From Mobula hypostoma (Eukaryota), in contig NC_086097.1 of the NCBI RefSeq assembly GCF_963921235.1, forward strand, positions 102,736,001-102,800,000: a stretch of DNA of 64,000 bases, read 5' to 3'. This document shows, piece after piece, positions 1 to 11,519 of this stretch; within the stretch, counting starts at the first letter, position 1; each line of letters starts with the position of its first letter. A model generated the notes under the pieces. It was not told the origin of the DNA. It did not search any database and was given only the letters and a program-made list of their open reading frames with translations. The position numbers and the translations under genes were made by a program.

Positions 1-601
1 GAGTCCATAGGACGCTCAAAGCAGGTGTGCAGGTTGACTCTGTGGTTAAGAAGGTGTACGGTGTATTGGCCTTCATCAATTGTGGAATTGAATTTAGGAG
101 CCGAGAGGTAATGTTGCAGCTATATATGACGCTGGTCAGACCCCACTTGGAGTACTGTGCTCAGTTCTGGTTGCCTCACTGCAGGAAGGATGTGGAAACT
201 GTAGAAAGTGTGCAGAGGAGATTTACAAGGATGTTGCCTAGATTGGGGAGCATGTCTTATGAAAACAGGTTGAGTGAACTTGGCCTTTTCTCCTTGGAGC
301 AACAGAGGATGCGAGGTGACCTGATAGAGGTGCAGAAGATGATGAGAGGCATTGATCGTGTTGATAGTCAGAGGCTTTTTCCCAGGGCTGAAATGGCTGC
401 CGCAAGAGGGCACAGGTTTAAGGTGCTGGGGAGTCGGTACAGAGGAGATGTCAGGGGTAAATTTTTTTTACTTAGGAAGTGGTAAGTGCATGGAATGGGC
501 TGCCGGCAACGGTGGTAGAGGCGGATATGATGGGGTCTTTTAAGAGACTTTTGGATAGGTACATGGCGCTTAGAAAAACAGAGGGCTATGGGTAACCATA
601 G

Positions 602-1278
602 CAGACATCCCACCCTGCAAAAACTCATTTCAGGGAGGTAGCACTATCAATTTGCAGGAGACTCCCGGAACTTTCGGGAGAGGTGGAATGTCTGCAATAG
701 AGTAGCTCCTGAGCAGCTAGCCAGCTAGTTTAAATAATGTTAGCTATGCTAATGAACGAATGATACCTGTTAAACTCACCTCAACATGTCTTTACAGTCT
801 TAACCCACCACGGGCAATAGAAGAGTCACTGTTGCAAACAGCGCAGCGAGCAACACTGTCATTATTTTGACCCCTATTAGGCAGGGGTACACTTTAGTGT
901 AGTCTGGGTGACGTACGTTTTATATTTTCTTTTTTTGGAACACTCTGCCATGGTGCGCGCTCGCTCGTGCTCTCGCTTGCTTTCTCTCTCGCTTTCCCGC
1001 TCGCTCGCTCTCGTGGTCACTCACGCGCTCTTTCGCGCTCTCGCTTTCCCTCCCGTTCGTGCGCTCTCACTTGCTTTCTCTCTCATGCGCACACTTTCTG
1101 TCTCGTGGTTACTCTCACACTCTCTCTTGCTTTCTCTCACACTCTCTCTTGCTTTCTCTCTCTCACTCGCTCTCAAAAAAATTGATTTCTGTGATATTGT
1201 ATATAATTTGCGGGCATCAGGGAGCCACTATTAATATGCGGGAGACTCCTGGAACTTCCAGGAGAGGTGGGATGTCTG
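602..1278 (-). mobile_element. Non-autonomous hAT-like DNA transposon, copy 1 (TIR CAGACATCCCACC, 6-bp TSD CCATAG)
   Basis: Terminal inverted repeats; CCATAG at 596-601 and 1279-1284; BED-finger remnant on minus strand. Confidence 0.85.
955..1175. repeat. Degenerate (CT)n/(CTCG)n microsatellite inside the hAT-like element
   Basis: Visible low-complexity CT-rich tract. Confidence 0.85.
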
Positions 1279-1444
1279 CCATAGTAATTTCTAAGGTAGG
1301 GACATGTTCAGCACAACTTTATGGGCTGAAAGGCCTGTATTGTGCTGTAGGTTTTCTGTGTTTTCTAAAAGTGGGTGTATTAGGGTTGCACAGTTAATGC
1401 ACGGCTATTACATAGCCAGCAGTCTAGGTTTAATTTTGCTGCTG

Positions 1445-1590
1445 CCTGGACATTCTTCCCTTGCCCGTGTGGGTTTTCTCCGGGTGCTCGTTTCCTTCCA
1501 CAAAGACATACGCGTTAGTAGGTTAATTGATTCAATAGGTGTAATTGGGTGTCACAGGCTCATTGGGCCAGAAGGGCTGTATTTCTAAAT
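1445..1590 (+). mobile_element. V-SINE (HE1-like) fragment
   Basis: GTGGGTTTTCTCCGGGTGCTC...CACAAAGACATACGCGTTAGTAGGTTAATTG resembles the V-domain core; related minus-strand fragments near 3420-3480, 15060-15250, 52775-52835. Confidence 0.7.
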
Positions 1591-2274
1591 AAAATTTAGA
1601 AATACTTGAAAAGCAAGATACCATTGATGCTGAAAACCCAAAACAAAAACAAAATGATGGAAATGTATAGCTTTGGGATTATAGTAAAACTTAGACAATT
1701 TTCCATCCCATTGTTGGGGATCTTGCCGATTTGGCACGTTTCCCACGTTCCCTTTAAACTCGTGGTGGAGTGGGAGGAATGCTTCCAATACTTCCTTAAA
1801 ACTCGCAGGGGAGAGGGAGGAACGTTTCCCACACACTTCAAACTCATGGAAGAAGGGAATGTCTGCTGCATGCACTTTAAAGATTGTTTGCATAAAAATT
1901 GTGTGATTGAAAGTACATTGAAATATTAAGAAGAATACTGTCCAATAGACCACAAAATCTACAAGCTCAGCATGCCCAAAATCCAGAGTGATGCATGTTT
2001 TACTGTATTAACATCCAGCAAAGGAGACCAGAACAAAGAGCTTGGATTCCAGGTTAAGTTTACCTAAGCACCTTTTAACCTAATTCTTTCCAAGGTCAAC
2101 ATTTCTGCTGCAGCCTACCTTTTGAGGGTATTCCACAAAGCCATAACGTGTTTTATAATTTGCTGTCAGTTAATCAGTCCAAAAGTTTACCTCTGAGCTG
2201 AGCTACTCTTTTATTTGAAGTGTCTCTGTGCTGTTCAGTTTTGCAGCAGTCAGTGGTTGTTTTTTTTTATCTAG

Positions 2275-2365
2275 AGGAGGAAACCGGTCTCATTCAAGTG
2301 AACCCAGTTCTGTGGGAAAGTCCTGTGGACTTTAGGTCCATCCTCAGCTTTGGAGTCCAATCACC
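2275..2365 (+). CDS. UBR1: UBR1 exon A (91 nt): EETGLIQVNPVLWESPVDFRSILSFGVQSP
   Basis: T-rich tract + tag acceptor; gtacgt donor; F.SILSFGV motif; phase matches next exon. Confidence 0.85.
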
Positions 2366-2592
2366 GTACGTAATCCAGCATTTTTGTTTTCTCATGAATA
2401 TTTAGTTAAAATTATAGAAATACTAAAACCAGTGCTATACTATTTGAACAGGCAGTAACTATGGCTTGGAGTAACAATAAACTTAATTAGATGCAAACAA
2501 CAGGAATTCTGCAGATGCTGGAAATTCAAGCAACATACATCAAAGTTGCTGGTGAACGCAGCAGGCCAAGCAGCATCTATAGGAAGAGGCGC

Positions 2593-2628
2593 AGTCGACG
2601 TTTCAGGCCGAGACCCTTCGTCAGGACT
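2593..2628 (-). ncRNA. Minimal type I hammerhead ribozyme motif (antisense arm)
   Basis: Exact reverse complement of 2674-2709. Confidence 0.75.
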
Positions 2629-2673
2629 AACTGAAGGAAGAGTGAGTAAGAGTGACTCACTCTTCCTTCAGTT

Positions 2674-2709
2674 AGTCCTGACGAAGGGTCTCGGCCTGAA
2701 ACGTCGACT
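2674..2709 (+). ncRNA. Minimal type I hammerhead ribozyme motif
   Basis: AGTC CTGACGA AGGGTCTCGGCCT GAAAC GTC GACT: stem I AGTC/GACT, CUGANGA core, stem II, GAAA, GUC triplet. Confidence 0.75.
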
Positions 2710-3654
2710 GCGCCTCTTCCTATAGATGCTGCTTGGCTTGCTGCGTTCACCAGCAACTTTGATGTATGAAACTTAATTAGATTACTGCTTTGAGTTCTAA
2801 TCTAGTCTGTTCCAGAAAATTAGCTCTACGTATATTTGCCCCTGCTTTAGAGGGAAGAATGATAAAGGGTTGAGGTAAATATCTGGGCAGTTCTAACACA
2901 GCTCTTGGATGTTGCCCCTGTTATTTTGGGTGCTTCTGTCCATGATTTCATAGAACTAGTTCAGTTCTGGCAAAGTGCTGATGTGGTCTGTATGATTGAG
3001 ATCAGCATTCATCAGCTGAGAAAGCATTACAAAGACCTGAGGCATCCTGCTTTCTAACTTTACCTTGCAAAATTGTTCAAAGTCCTGAAATTCCCTTAAA
3101 GCAACTTCCTTTACAAAGCATTCCACCATCACCACCTTAAGCACAGTGAGAGGTAAATGAAAATGGCAGCTTGGGCCCATTGTGCTCAGATCTTGAGAAT
3201 GAAAGATTGAAAAGTTGTGCGATGGTTGGCTGAGGTGGGTTCCAGTCCAGCTGCAGTAAGGAAAGACCCTGAAAGGTGGAGTTCTTGGGGCAGCTTGTAT
3301 TTCTCATACTTCCTCGTGATGTTTTCTTGACAGGTCACTCCAGCGCTTGTATCCCTTGTATATCCATTAACATCCTTCTGGATCTTCTACAACCCTTATC
3401 TGCCTGCATTGAAAGTTATTTACCAGTTCACCTGCCCACAAGGATGTGTGGAGATGTGAGAAGAAACCGCAGTACCCAGGCAAAACAAAAACACAAGAAA
3501 TAGAAGTGGGAGTAGGCCACAAGGTCCCTCAAGTATTCCCCCATTCTGTGTGCTCATGGCTTGAAACATGCTGGCCTCTGCTCCTCTTCCATGCAGACAC
3601 ATAAGCACATGCCACAGAGATGACACCAGAGAGCCAGATAAAACTGTGGTCACT

Positions 3655-4170
3655 GGAGCAACAAACTCCTGGAGGAACTCAATGGGTCGGGCAATATCTG
3701 TGGATAGGTGATACCTCTGGTTTCAGACCCTGCATCGGGACTGGGAGTGTAGAGGGGAAATAGCTAGTATAAAGAGGTGTGGGCGGAAGTGTGAAGTAGG
3801 CGTTGGTAGACGATAGGTGGACTCAGATAAGGAGGGAGATGATGGACAGATGGGGAAGGGGTGGAGTTGGGATGTAGTGGCTGGTAGAGACTGATAAGAG
3901 TAAAAAGAAAAGGCAAATGGAAGCAGAGTGAAGGTAAAAGCAGAGGCTGCAAGGTACTGTGGAGACAAGAGGGTGCAGGTGCTGGAATCTGATAAGGAAG
4001 GAAGGTGATAAGTAGAACAAAATAAGGGAGGGGCATGAAACTTTAATGACAGATGGATGTGAGAACCTCTGTGGATCAGGAGAAACAAGAAAAGAGCACA
4101 GGGAGTGTGGGTTATCTGAAACTGGAAAATGCAATGTTTATACCATTGGATTATAGACTGTCCGCCCAGA
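3655..4170 (-). mobile_element. Degenerate Penelope-derived element
   Basis: ctggaggaactca head, purine-rich body, degenerate hammerhead region, as in 11520-12010. Confidence 0.6.
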
Positions 4171-4460
4171 TCGCAGGTCCACTTTGGTCACTGGCACTGA
4201 AGCAGAAGTTCTACTTGTGCAGCTGAACTCTAGCACATATATAAGGAAGATTTAGAAATTAAAAGGCAGTCAGATTAAAAATGTGGGTAATGAGATAATC
4301 AAGGCATATGAAACAGGATAAACTGGAGGCATTGGAGTGAAAGATCTTCCTCAATGACCGAGCAGACACAAGGCGCATGTGGCCTGCTCCATTTCTTGTG
4401 GTATATTAATCCTAAAAATAAAATTAAGTTGATTTCTAAAATGTCCTTCCGTTTTGACAG

Positions 4461-4609
4461 AGTCAAGTATTCGAAAAGCATTGTGGAAATGCTGCTGCTG
4501 TTTGCTACCGCTGTGTACCGGGTGGGATTGAATGTTGACCCGAATGAAGTTGATCCTCGAGTTCCGCTGATGGCGTGGAGTGCCTGTGCCTTTACAATCC
4601 AATCCACGG
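4461..4609 (+). CDS. UBR1: UBR1 exon B (149 nt): [49 protein letters not shown]
   Basis: ttttgacag acceptor, gtttgc donor, strong UBR1/2 motif. Confidence 0.93.
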
Positions 4610-4639
4610 GTTTGCATTATCTTGAAATTGCTTGGGTTT

Positions 4640-5180
4640 ATAGAGTCAAAAAGCAAGGAAAGAGGCCCTTAGGGCCAGCAGGTCCAAGCTGACCATGATT
4701 CCCATCAGAGCTCATCCCAACTGGCTCCATATTCCTCTGAGCTATAGTTGAACCTATCTAAGTACCTTTTAAATGTTGTGAATATATCTCCTTTGACCAC
4801 TTCCTGTGGCGGATCATTCCATATACTGACCATTCTCTAGGTATGAAAGAAGTCTATTAAGTCTCTCCCCTCTCACCTTAAACCTATTGCTCCTAGTTCT
4901 TGATTCCCCAGCACTGGTAAAAAGAATATACATGTTAACTTTAACTATGCTTCTCTATAAGATAACCCTACTTTCCAATAACAGAAGTCCCAGCCTACTC
5001 GATCTCTTTCCATAACTCAGTCCCTCACGTAGCTGCAACATCCTCTGTGTTCTCTCCAGTTTAACGACATCATTAGTAGGGTGACCAAAACCGAACATAA
5101 AACCTCAAATCGACCAAATAGGGCCTCACTATATCTTGTAAATTGCAACTAAACAGCCCAACTTCTGCCTGAATTGATCA
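4640..5180 (-). mobile_element. Degenerate CR1 LINE 3' end
   Basis: Reverse-complement similarity to other CR1 3' ends (ggtgaccaaaaccgaaca, cctagttcttgattcccca). Confidence 0.7.
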
Positions 5181-5679
5181 AAGCTCTTTGCTGATATGGA
5201 CAAGGAAACAGAAAATGTTAAAAGAATGCTCAGGACGTGATAGAGCAATATTAAAGACATGAAAAAATAATATTCCAGTTTGATGTTCATTATAGCTTGG
5301 AAAAGTTGAGGATAAAGTAGTAAGATGTAAAAAAATGCAAGGGGTTAAAACAGGAAAAGTTATGATACAAGGCAAAATAAGGGTCACAGAAGTGGAGTAA
5401 GAGATAATATAAGATTAATCATTTCATAATTTCTCCAGTCTTCCACCTTAACACACACCTGTCCTTTATTCTTTTACCCCGCACAATCCCACTCTGTTTC
5501 ACTGCCTTGGGTTGTGCTTAGAACATCAATTTATCCAAACTTCCATAATTTTTAAGTGTTAACTCCTATGTGTCATAGATATGGGCCAGATTTCAACAGC
5601 CACAGCACATTACTCACAATTGAAAATTTCTTGGGTTAAAGTAATTGTTTTGTCTTCCTGCTCCATTCTTTAGCTGCCA

Positions 5680-6340
5680 GAGTTGGTTTGCAGGTGCAAC
5701 AGGCTATCAAGAAGGCAAGTGGAATGTTGGCCTTCATTGCTAGAGGGATTGAACTGTACAGGGTACTGGTGAGGCCATACCTGGAGTACTGCATGCAATT
5801 CTGGTCTCCTTATTTGAGGAAGGATATACTGGCTTTGGAGGTGGTGCAGAGGAAGTTCACCAGGTTGACTCCAGACATGAGGGGGTTCGACCATGAGGAG
5901 AGATTGAGTCTATGACTGTACCCGCTGGAACTTAGAAGAAGGAGAGGAGATCTTATAGAAACATATAAAATAATGAAAGGGATAGATAGGATAGAAGCAG
6001 GAAAGTTGTTTCCATTGATAGGTGAGACTAGGACTAGGGGACATAGCCTCAAAATTCAGGGGAATGGATTTAGGACGGAGATGAAGAGGAACTGCTTTTC
6101 CCAGAGGATAGTGAATCTATGGAATTTTCTGCCCAATGAAACAGTGGAGGCTACCTCAGTAAATATATTTAAGACAATGTCGGATAGATTTTGGCATGAT
6201 AGGGGAATTAAGGGTTATGGGGAAAAGGCAGGTGGGTGCAGATGAGTCCATGGCCAGATCAGCCATGATCTTATTGAATGGCGGAGTGGTGTCAGCAAGC
6301 CAGTTGCCCTGCTCCTGCTTCTGTTTCTTATCTTATTATG
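5680..6340 (+). mobile_element. CR1 LINE 3' end
   Basis: LVRPYLEYCMQFWSPY and RTRGHSLK motifs. Confidence 0.9.
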
Positions 6341-6665
6341 AGTTCTTGCTCTGCTGTTCCACCACCCCCGTTCCTAGTCTGCCTCTCCACCACCCCCCGT
6401 TCTCACACTGTCCTAGAAAGTGAGTCTCTTGGTTGTGAGGTTATATATTTGTTACCAGAGTTTGTCTCTTTTGCACATAGGTTAGTTGTCAATCTTTAAA
6501 CATAGCTCTTCATTGATTCCATTGTGTTTCTTTGTTCTATCATGAATGCCTGAATGATATGTAGCTGCTTCGATAATAAATTTACTTTGAACTTTTCAGT
6601 CTACATTGATCAATATTTGAATTTGAAGAAATCAATTATTTTAACAAAACTTTCACTTTCTATAG

Positions 6666-6721
6666 AGAACATACTTCATGAAGAGGACAAAGTTTTATTT
6701 GGATCATTGCCAGACAGACAG
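6666..6721 (+). CDS. UBR1: UBR1 exon C (56 nt): ENILHEEDKVLFGSLPDRQ
   Basis: ctttctatag acceptor, gtagaa donor, phase-consistent. Confidence 0.9.
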
Positions 6722-7923
6722 GTAGAACTGTGTACTCCATTCTCTCTTAACAGTTGTTGAATAAACCTCGTGTGTGTCTGTGTATAAACAACAAGACCTT
6801 CCTATACCAGGAACATCATTCCCTAAAGCCTTGTTCTCCTGAAATTTTCTTAACCTTTTTATTCATACTATATCATTTTGAATGCCTCTAGCAACGTTCA
6901 CCTTACCACTCTGTGGTAAGAACCCGTAAAGTAAACTTTCAAACTTGGAATCATTTCACTGAGTCTGTTTTGTGTCACCTGTTGCCCTGCACTGGATATA
7001 ATTTTGTTGCACAGTTAACTGCAGATTGGTAACAGTTTGTACAGTGGTTAGCTTAGCTTTTGTATTTCTTAAGTTTATGTAGTTTAGTAACCAGTATGAG
7101 ATTTAGTGACCAGCCCTTAATGAAGCCTTTAGTCACTCTGTCTCCCTATTCATTACAGCTCATACTCTCCCTATCCATTTCAGCTCAAACTAGGAGCTAG
7201 ATGGGCAGCATCAAGTCGCATTGAACTTACTGAATTAAAAAAATATGTATTTTCCATCTTTTAAAAAAATTTGTTCATCTACTCATTTTGCCATTTTCTC
7301 AAAACATCAAGATTAATATTCAGTTCAATTAAATTACATTTTTAACCTCCGTCACTCTCCAGCCTCTTTAGCTGATCATTTTATAAAAGAGCAAGGTTTT
7401 TGGCATTCGTTGCTATGGTATTGCTGTTTACATTTCACACCCCCCAACCAGACCTCTCTGACTACTTTCTTCAGCTTTCAATACACCATGTCTATTGAGA
7501 CTTTCCTGACAGCTTTTCACATTATGTACTATTTTCTCAAAGCACATTCTCAGTTACAACTTTCCTTTCATCTCACCTTCATGTCCTGGCAAGTTCAATA
7601 TTATTCCACATTCCAGTTAAGAATTGCATACTCATAAATTCATATGTAATTTCACAAGAAAATAAGGTTCTGAGTTCTTAATTAGGGAAACCCAAGATCA
7701 ACTTTCTAGATGAGTTAGTAACTTCCTTGTAGGAAGGTGTCCTAAGAGGACAGCTGCTCAGTTAATGAATTGTCACCAATTTGCCAAGGAAGCTGAAAAT
7801 ATCCTCTGACAGTGCAGGAAGATATGAGAAATATTGTAATTTTATTTTCTTTATCTATAACTTCAGAAGTTGTGTTGCTGTTGATGAACAAATTTGAACA
7901 ATGACTAGTTATGTTTATTTTAG

Positions 7924-8020
7924 GGTATAAGCCTGAAGGCAGTTCTACAGTTTGCTGCTTCTCAGAGAGTGGTGGCCTCAGCCAAAGTTATCCAGAAGCA
8001 CCTAACTCGCTTACTATCTG
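7924..8020 (+). CDS. UBR1: UBR1 exon D (97 nt): GISLKAVLQFAASQRVVASAKVIQKHLTRLLS
   Basis: ttattttag acceptor, gtgagt donor; LKA..QFA..QR and IQKHL.RLLS motifs. Confidence 0.93.
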
Positions 8021-8577
8021 GTGAGTATGGCATGAGTGACAAGTAAAGGTGAAATTTTTAGTTGCGATGTGAACAATTTTCATGGTTGTATGTCCAAACC
8101 AATTGTGTACTCAATATAATTTCAAGGCCACTCACTCTGTCACATTCTATTCTACATTCTGTTATTGATTTTCTCTTGTACTACCTCAGTGCACTGGTGT
8201 GATGAAATGATTTGTATGGATGACATTAAGCTGAGCTTTTCCATTATATCTGAGTACATGTGACAATAATAAACGAACTTATCCTCTATGTTGAAAGGGT
8301 CTGTTTTCCATTTGCATTCTTAGGTTTCTAGTGGAGAATTCTTATACTGATGCTAGCCACTATCATAACATTGCTTATGTTAACTTTTTTTTTCTTGGAA
8401 ATGCACTGCTTGATGCAAAACAGGATGGAGAATTTGTACTGAAGCAGTACATGTGATTTTAGGTTGGAAATATTGGATGAAGATGACTGTTTGGTATCTC
8501 CGCACATTATACATTAAATAAGATATCAGCCTAGTTTTAAGTGGCACAAACTGTCCTTGGAAAAGAAAGACATATTA

Positions 8578-10069
8578 CAGGTGTCCCCGGCTTTTGGAAC
8601 GTTGGCTTTACGAAACCTCATTGTTATGAAAGACCTACATTAGTACTCTGTTTTCGCTTTCAGAAGGTGTTTTCACTGTTACGAAAAAAATTCAGCGCGC
8701 AAAAAAAATCAGCGCACGATCAAAAGCAACACGTGCCCCGAGCAGCCGCTCTCCCCGGATTTGGAACGGCTTTGCTTTAACAAGAACCTGTGAGCAGTCG
8801 TTTGCAAGATGAGTTCTAAGGTGTTGGAAAAGCCTGAAAGAGCTCGTAAGGGTGTTACATTTAGCGTAAAACTAGACATAATTAAGCCTTTGGATCATGG
8901 TGAACGAAGCAAGGACAAAGTGAGTTTGGCTTGTGGAAGCTGATGAAGATGATGTTGAAGAGGTTTTGGCATCCCATGACCAAGAACTGATAGATGAAGA
9001 GCTGATGCAATTAGAAGAAGAAAGGATAACAATCGAAACCGAATGAGTAATGATAAAGTATGACTTTAATTTTGAAAGGGTACGTAGGTTTAGGGGATAT
9101 TTGCAAGATTCTTTGAGTCCTTATAAAGAACTGTATGATAGAAAAATGCGCGAAGCTCAGCAGTCAAGCAAGCCTTCCACATCAGCCACAGCAGATGACG
9201 AACCTCGACCTTCGACATCGAGGCGGGCAGTCATAGGAGAAGATGAGCTGCCTGCGCTAATGGAAACAGACAAGATGACACCCCAGTGTCCCACCACCCC
9301 AACACCCAGGCCGCGGACAGATACTGTACCGATTCGTGGAGAATGCAGCAGTAGCCGGGAGGCACACAGCACATCTTTAAGAAAAAAGCTGAAATAAACA
9401 TGCTAATTAATTATGTGTCGGGCAGCACCTAATTAATTAGCATGTTTATTTCGGCTTTTTTCTTAAAGATGTGCTGGATGCGTCCTGGCTACCGCTGGAC
9501 CCCTGCGTGCTTCGCGGCAATGTATCGGTTGGTGACCCGGAGGGTGGGGGCTACTGCACCACCCAGCCTGCGACGACTCAGCCTAACACACCATCATCAG
9601 TGTGGTCTGCGCTGTCCCAATTCCGGTAATGTGCATACATTATTTCTACTTATATCAGCTGTGTATTTTTACGTGTTATTTGGTATGATTTGGCAGCTTC
9701 ATAGTTTAAAGATTACTGGAGAGCGCTTGCGTTGTGTTTTTGCCAACAGCGCTTGCGTGAGATTTTCTGCTGACGGCGCTTGCGTGAGATTTTTGCTACG
9801 GAGATCTGTGTCGGCAATGATTGTGGAAAAGTATTTCTACTTTATATAGGCTGTGTATTTATCATATTATTCCTGCTTTTACTATATGTTACTGTTATTT
9901 TAGGTTTTATGTGTTATTTGGCATGATTTGGTAGGTTATTTTTGGGTCTACGAACGCTCACAAAATTTTCCCGTATAAATAAATGGTAATTGCTTCTTCG
10001 CTTTACGACATTTCGGCTTACGAACCGTTTCATAGGAACGCTCTACCTTCGGATGGCGGGGGAAACCTG
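8578..10069 (+). mobile_element. pogo/Tigger-family DNA transposon, internally deleted, TA TSD
   Basis: TA|CAGGTGTCCCCG...CGGGGGAAACCTG|TA; remnants MSSKVLEKPERARKGVTFSVKLDIIK (N-terminal HTH, ~8809) and DEDDVEEVLASHDQELIDEELMQL (C-terminal); no DDE core seen. Confidence 0.85.
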
Positions 10070-10619
10070 TAAATGGAACCTTTCACAACCTGGCTTGTCC
10101 AAGTACTACACAGTCACTAAAATACATCTGTCCTGTAGTGATTATTGTAATGGCAGCTGATTAGCACAGTAAGGTTCAATGAACAACCTATGGTCAGAAT
10201 ATTTGTTTTACTGCCTCAGAGATGAGGCATTAATATCAACCAGGCACTAGGAAAGATCTCTGTTTGTTTTTGAGTAATGCAGAAAGGGTCCTGACTTAAA
10301 TCTCATACAAGGGAAATATGAGACAGTTGAGAGGTTGTAGTCTATGAACTTGATTGCTGGTCTATTCCAGTATAATGAGTGAAATGACATACTGGCCCTG
10401 CATATTGAGAATGCTTCATTGTGAATTTAGCTAACTACAGGTTCTTTGTTCTGTCATTACCTGTTTTAATTTCCTGAGCAAGAAAGCAATTCTGCTTTGA
10501 CCTGCTAAATTTTAAACACTTAACAGGACCAAAACTCAGGATTCTTGAATATGGGCAGAATTGCAAACTTCCAATAGGCTGACAACTGAATATTCTGCAT
10601 GAAGTTTCTTGTTATGTTC

Positions 10620-11170
10620 AAACTAGTAATTGGCTTATTATTCCTGCATGCACTGAGATACAGAGAACAACTTTTTTGCCTTCATCCATGCAGATCACCA
10701 TAAATACATCGAGGTAGTGAAAAAGGGGGAAACAATAACAATGCAGAACATAGTGTTACATTTACAGAAAAAGTACAGTGTGGGTCGATAAAATGCAGGG
10801 GCCTTAACTAGATAGGTTGTGAGGTCAAGACTTCATCATACAAATGTTTACTAACCTTATAATAGTGAATAGAAGCTGTCTTTGAGCCTAGTGGTGTGTA
10901 TTTTTCAAGCTTTTCTATCTTCTCCCCGATGGAAGAGGGAGAAGAGAGTATCCGGGATGGGAGGGATCGTTGGTTATGCTGGCTGCTTTTCTGAGGCAGT
11001 GGGAAATGTAGAAAGAGGCAACAGAAAGGACGCTAGTTTTCAGATGACTGGGCTCTTTTCACAACTTTCTGCAATCTCCTCTGACCTTGGACAGAGCAGT
11101 TGCCAGACCAAGCCATGATGCATTCGGATAGGATGCTTTCTAAGATGCATCAATAAAAATTGTTAAGGGT
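10620..11170 (-). mobile_element. Degenerate Rex1/Babar-type LINE 3' end
   Basis: Similar to 49520-50110 and 59700-60300 copies (taccaagccatgatgcatt...gatgctttcta pattern). Confidence 0.6.
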
Positions 11171-11519
11171 CGTTGTTACATTTCATTTACAGTACAAAAG
11201 CAGTTCCACCAAGTATGTCATGGGATATAAAGTTGTTTTGGTCCTTGACAACTCACAACATGGCAAATTGGGTAAATTCAGACAAAAACTAAAGATTGTC
11301 GTGCTGGAGGAGGTTAGAGGTCAGGAGGAAGGAGATTGTGGAGAGGATTGAAAGAAGGTTTAGAATTTCGTAATCTATATGTTACTTAATAAGAGGTTAG
11401 TTAAAGTTGGGGTTTGTGGATGATGTGTGAACAGAACTCTGTACGTTGAGACATGGTAGTCTGGGTAGTTACAGGGAGAAGGATAAAGTCTTAGAAAATG
11501 GAGTTGTAGAGGGAGCAAT

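Larger units (their letters stand above)
1..1365 (+). mobile_element. CR1-clade LINE 3' end (ORF2 C-terminus + 3' UTR), interrupted at 602-1278
   Basis: LVRPHLEYCAQFW, RMRGDLIEV motifs; 3' UTR resumes after the insertion and matches the 23830-25070 copy. Confidence 0.92.
2493..2768. mobile_element. Penelope-like element terminal-repeat fragment in inverted (palindromic) arrangement, 14-bp flanking duplication
   Basis: Arms 2534-2647 and 2655-2768; AAACTTAATTAGAT at 2479-2492 and 2769-2782; same sequence family is joined to GIY-YIG C-terminal coding remnants elsewhere in the window. Confidence 0.85.

Noticed and set aside
908..1397. Leu/Ser-rich ORFs of 72-112 aa
   Set aside because: Translation of a CT microsatellite inside a transposon.
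9050..9849. 115-aa and 135-aa ORFs as independent genes
   Set aside because: They lie within the Tigger-like element: a transposase tail remnant and a spurious frame.
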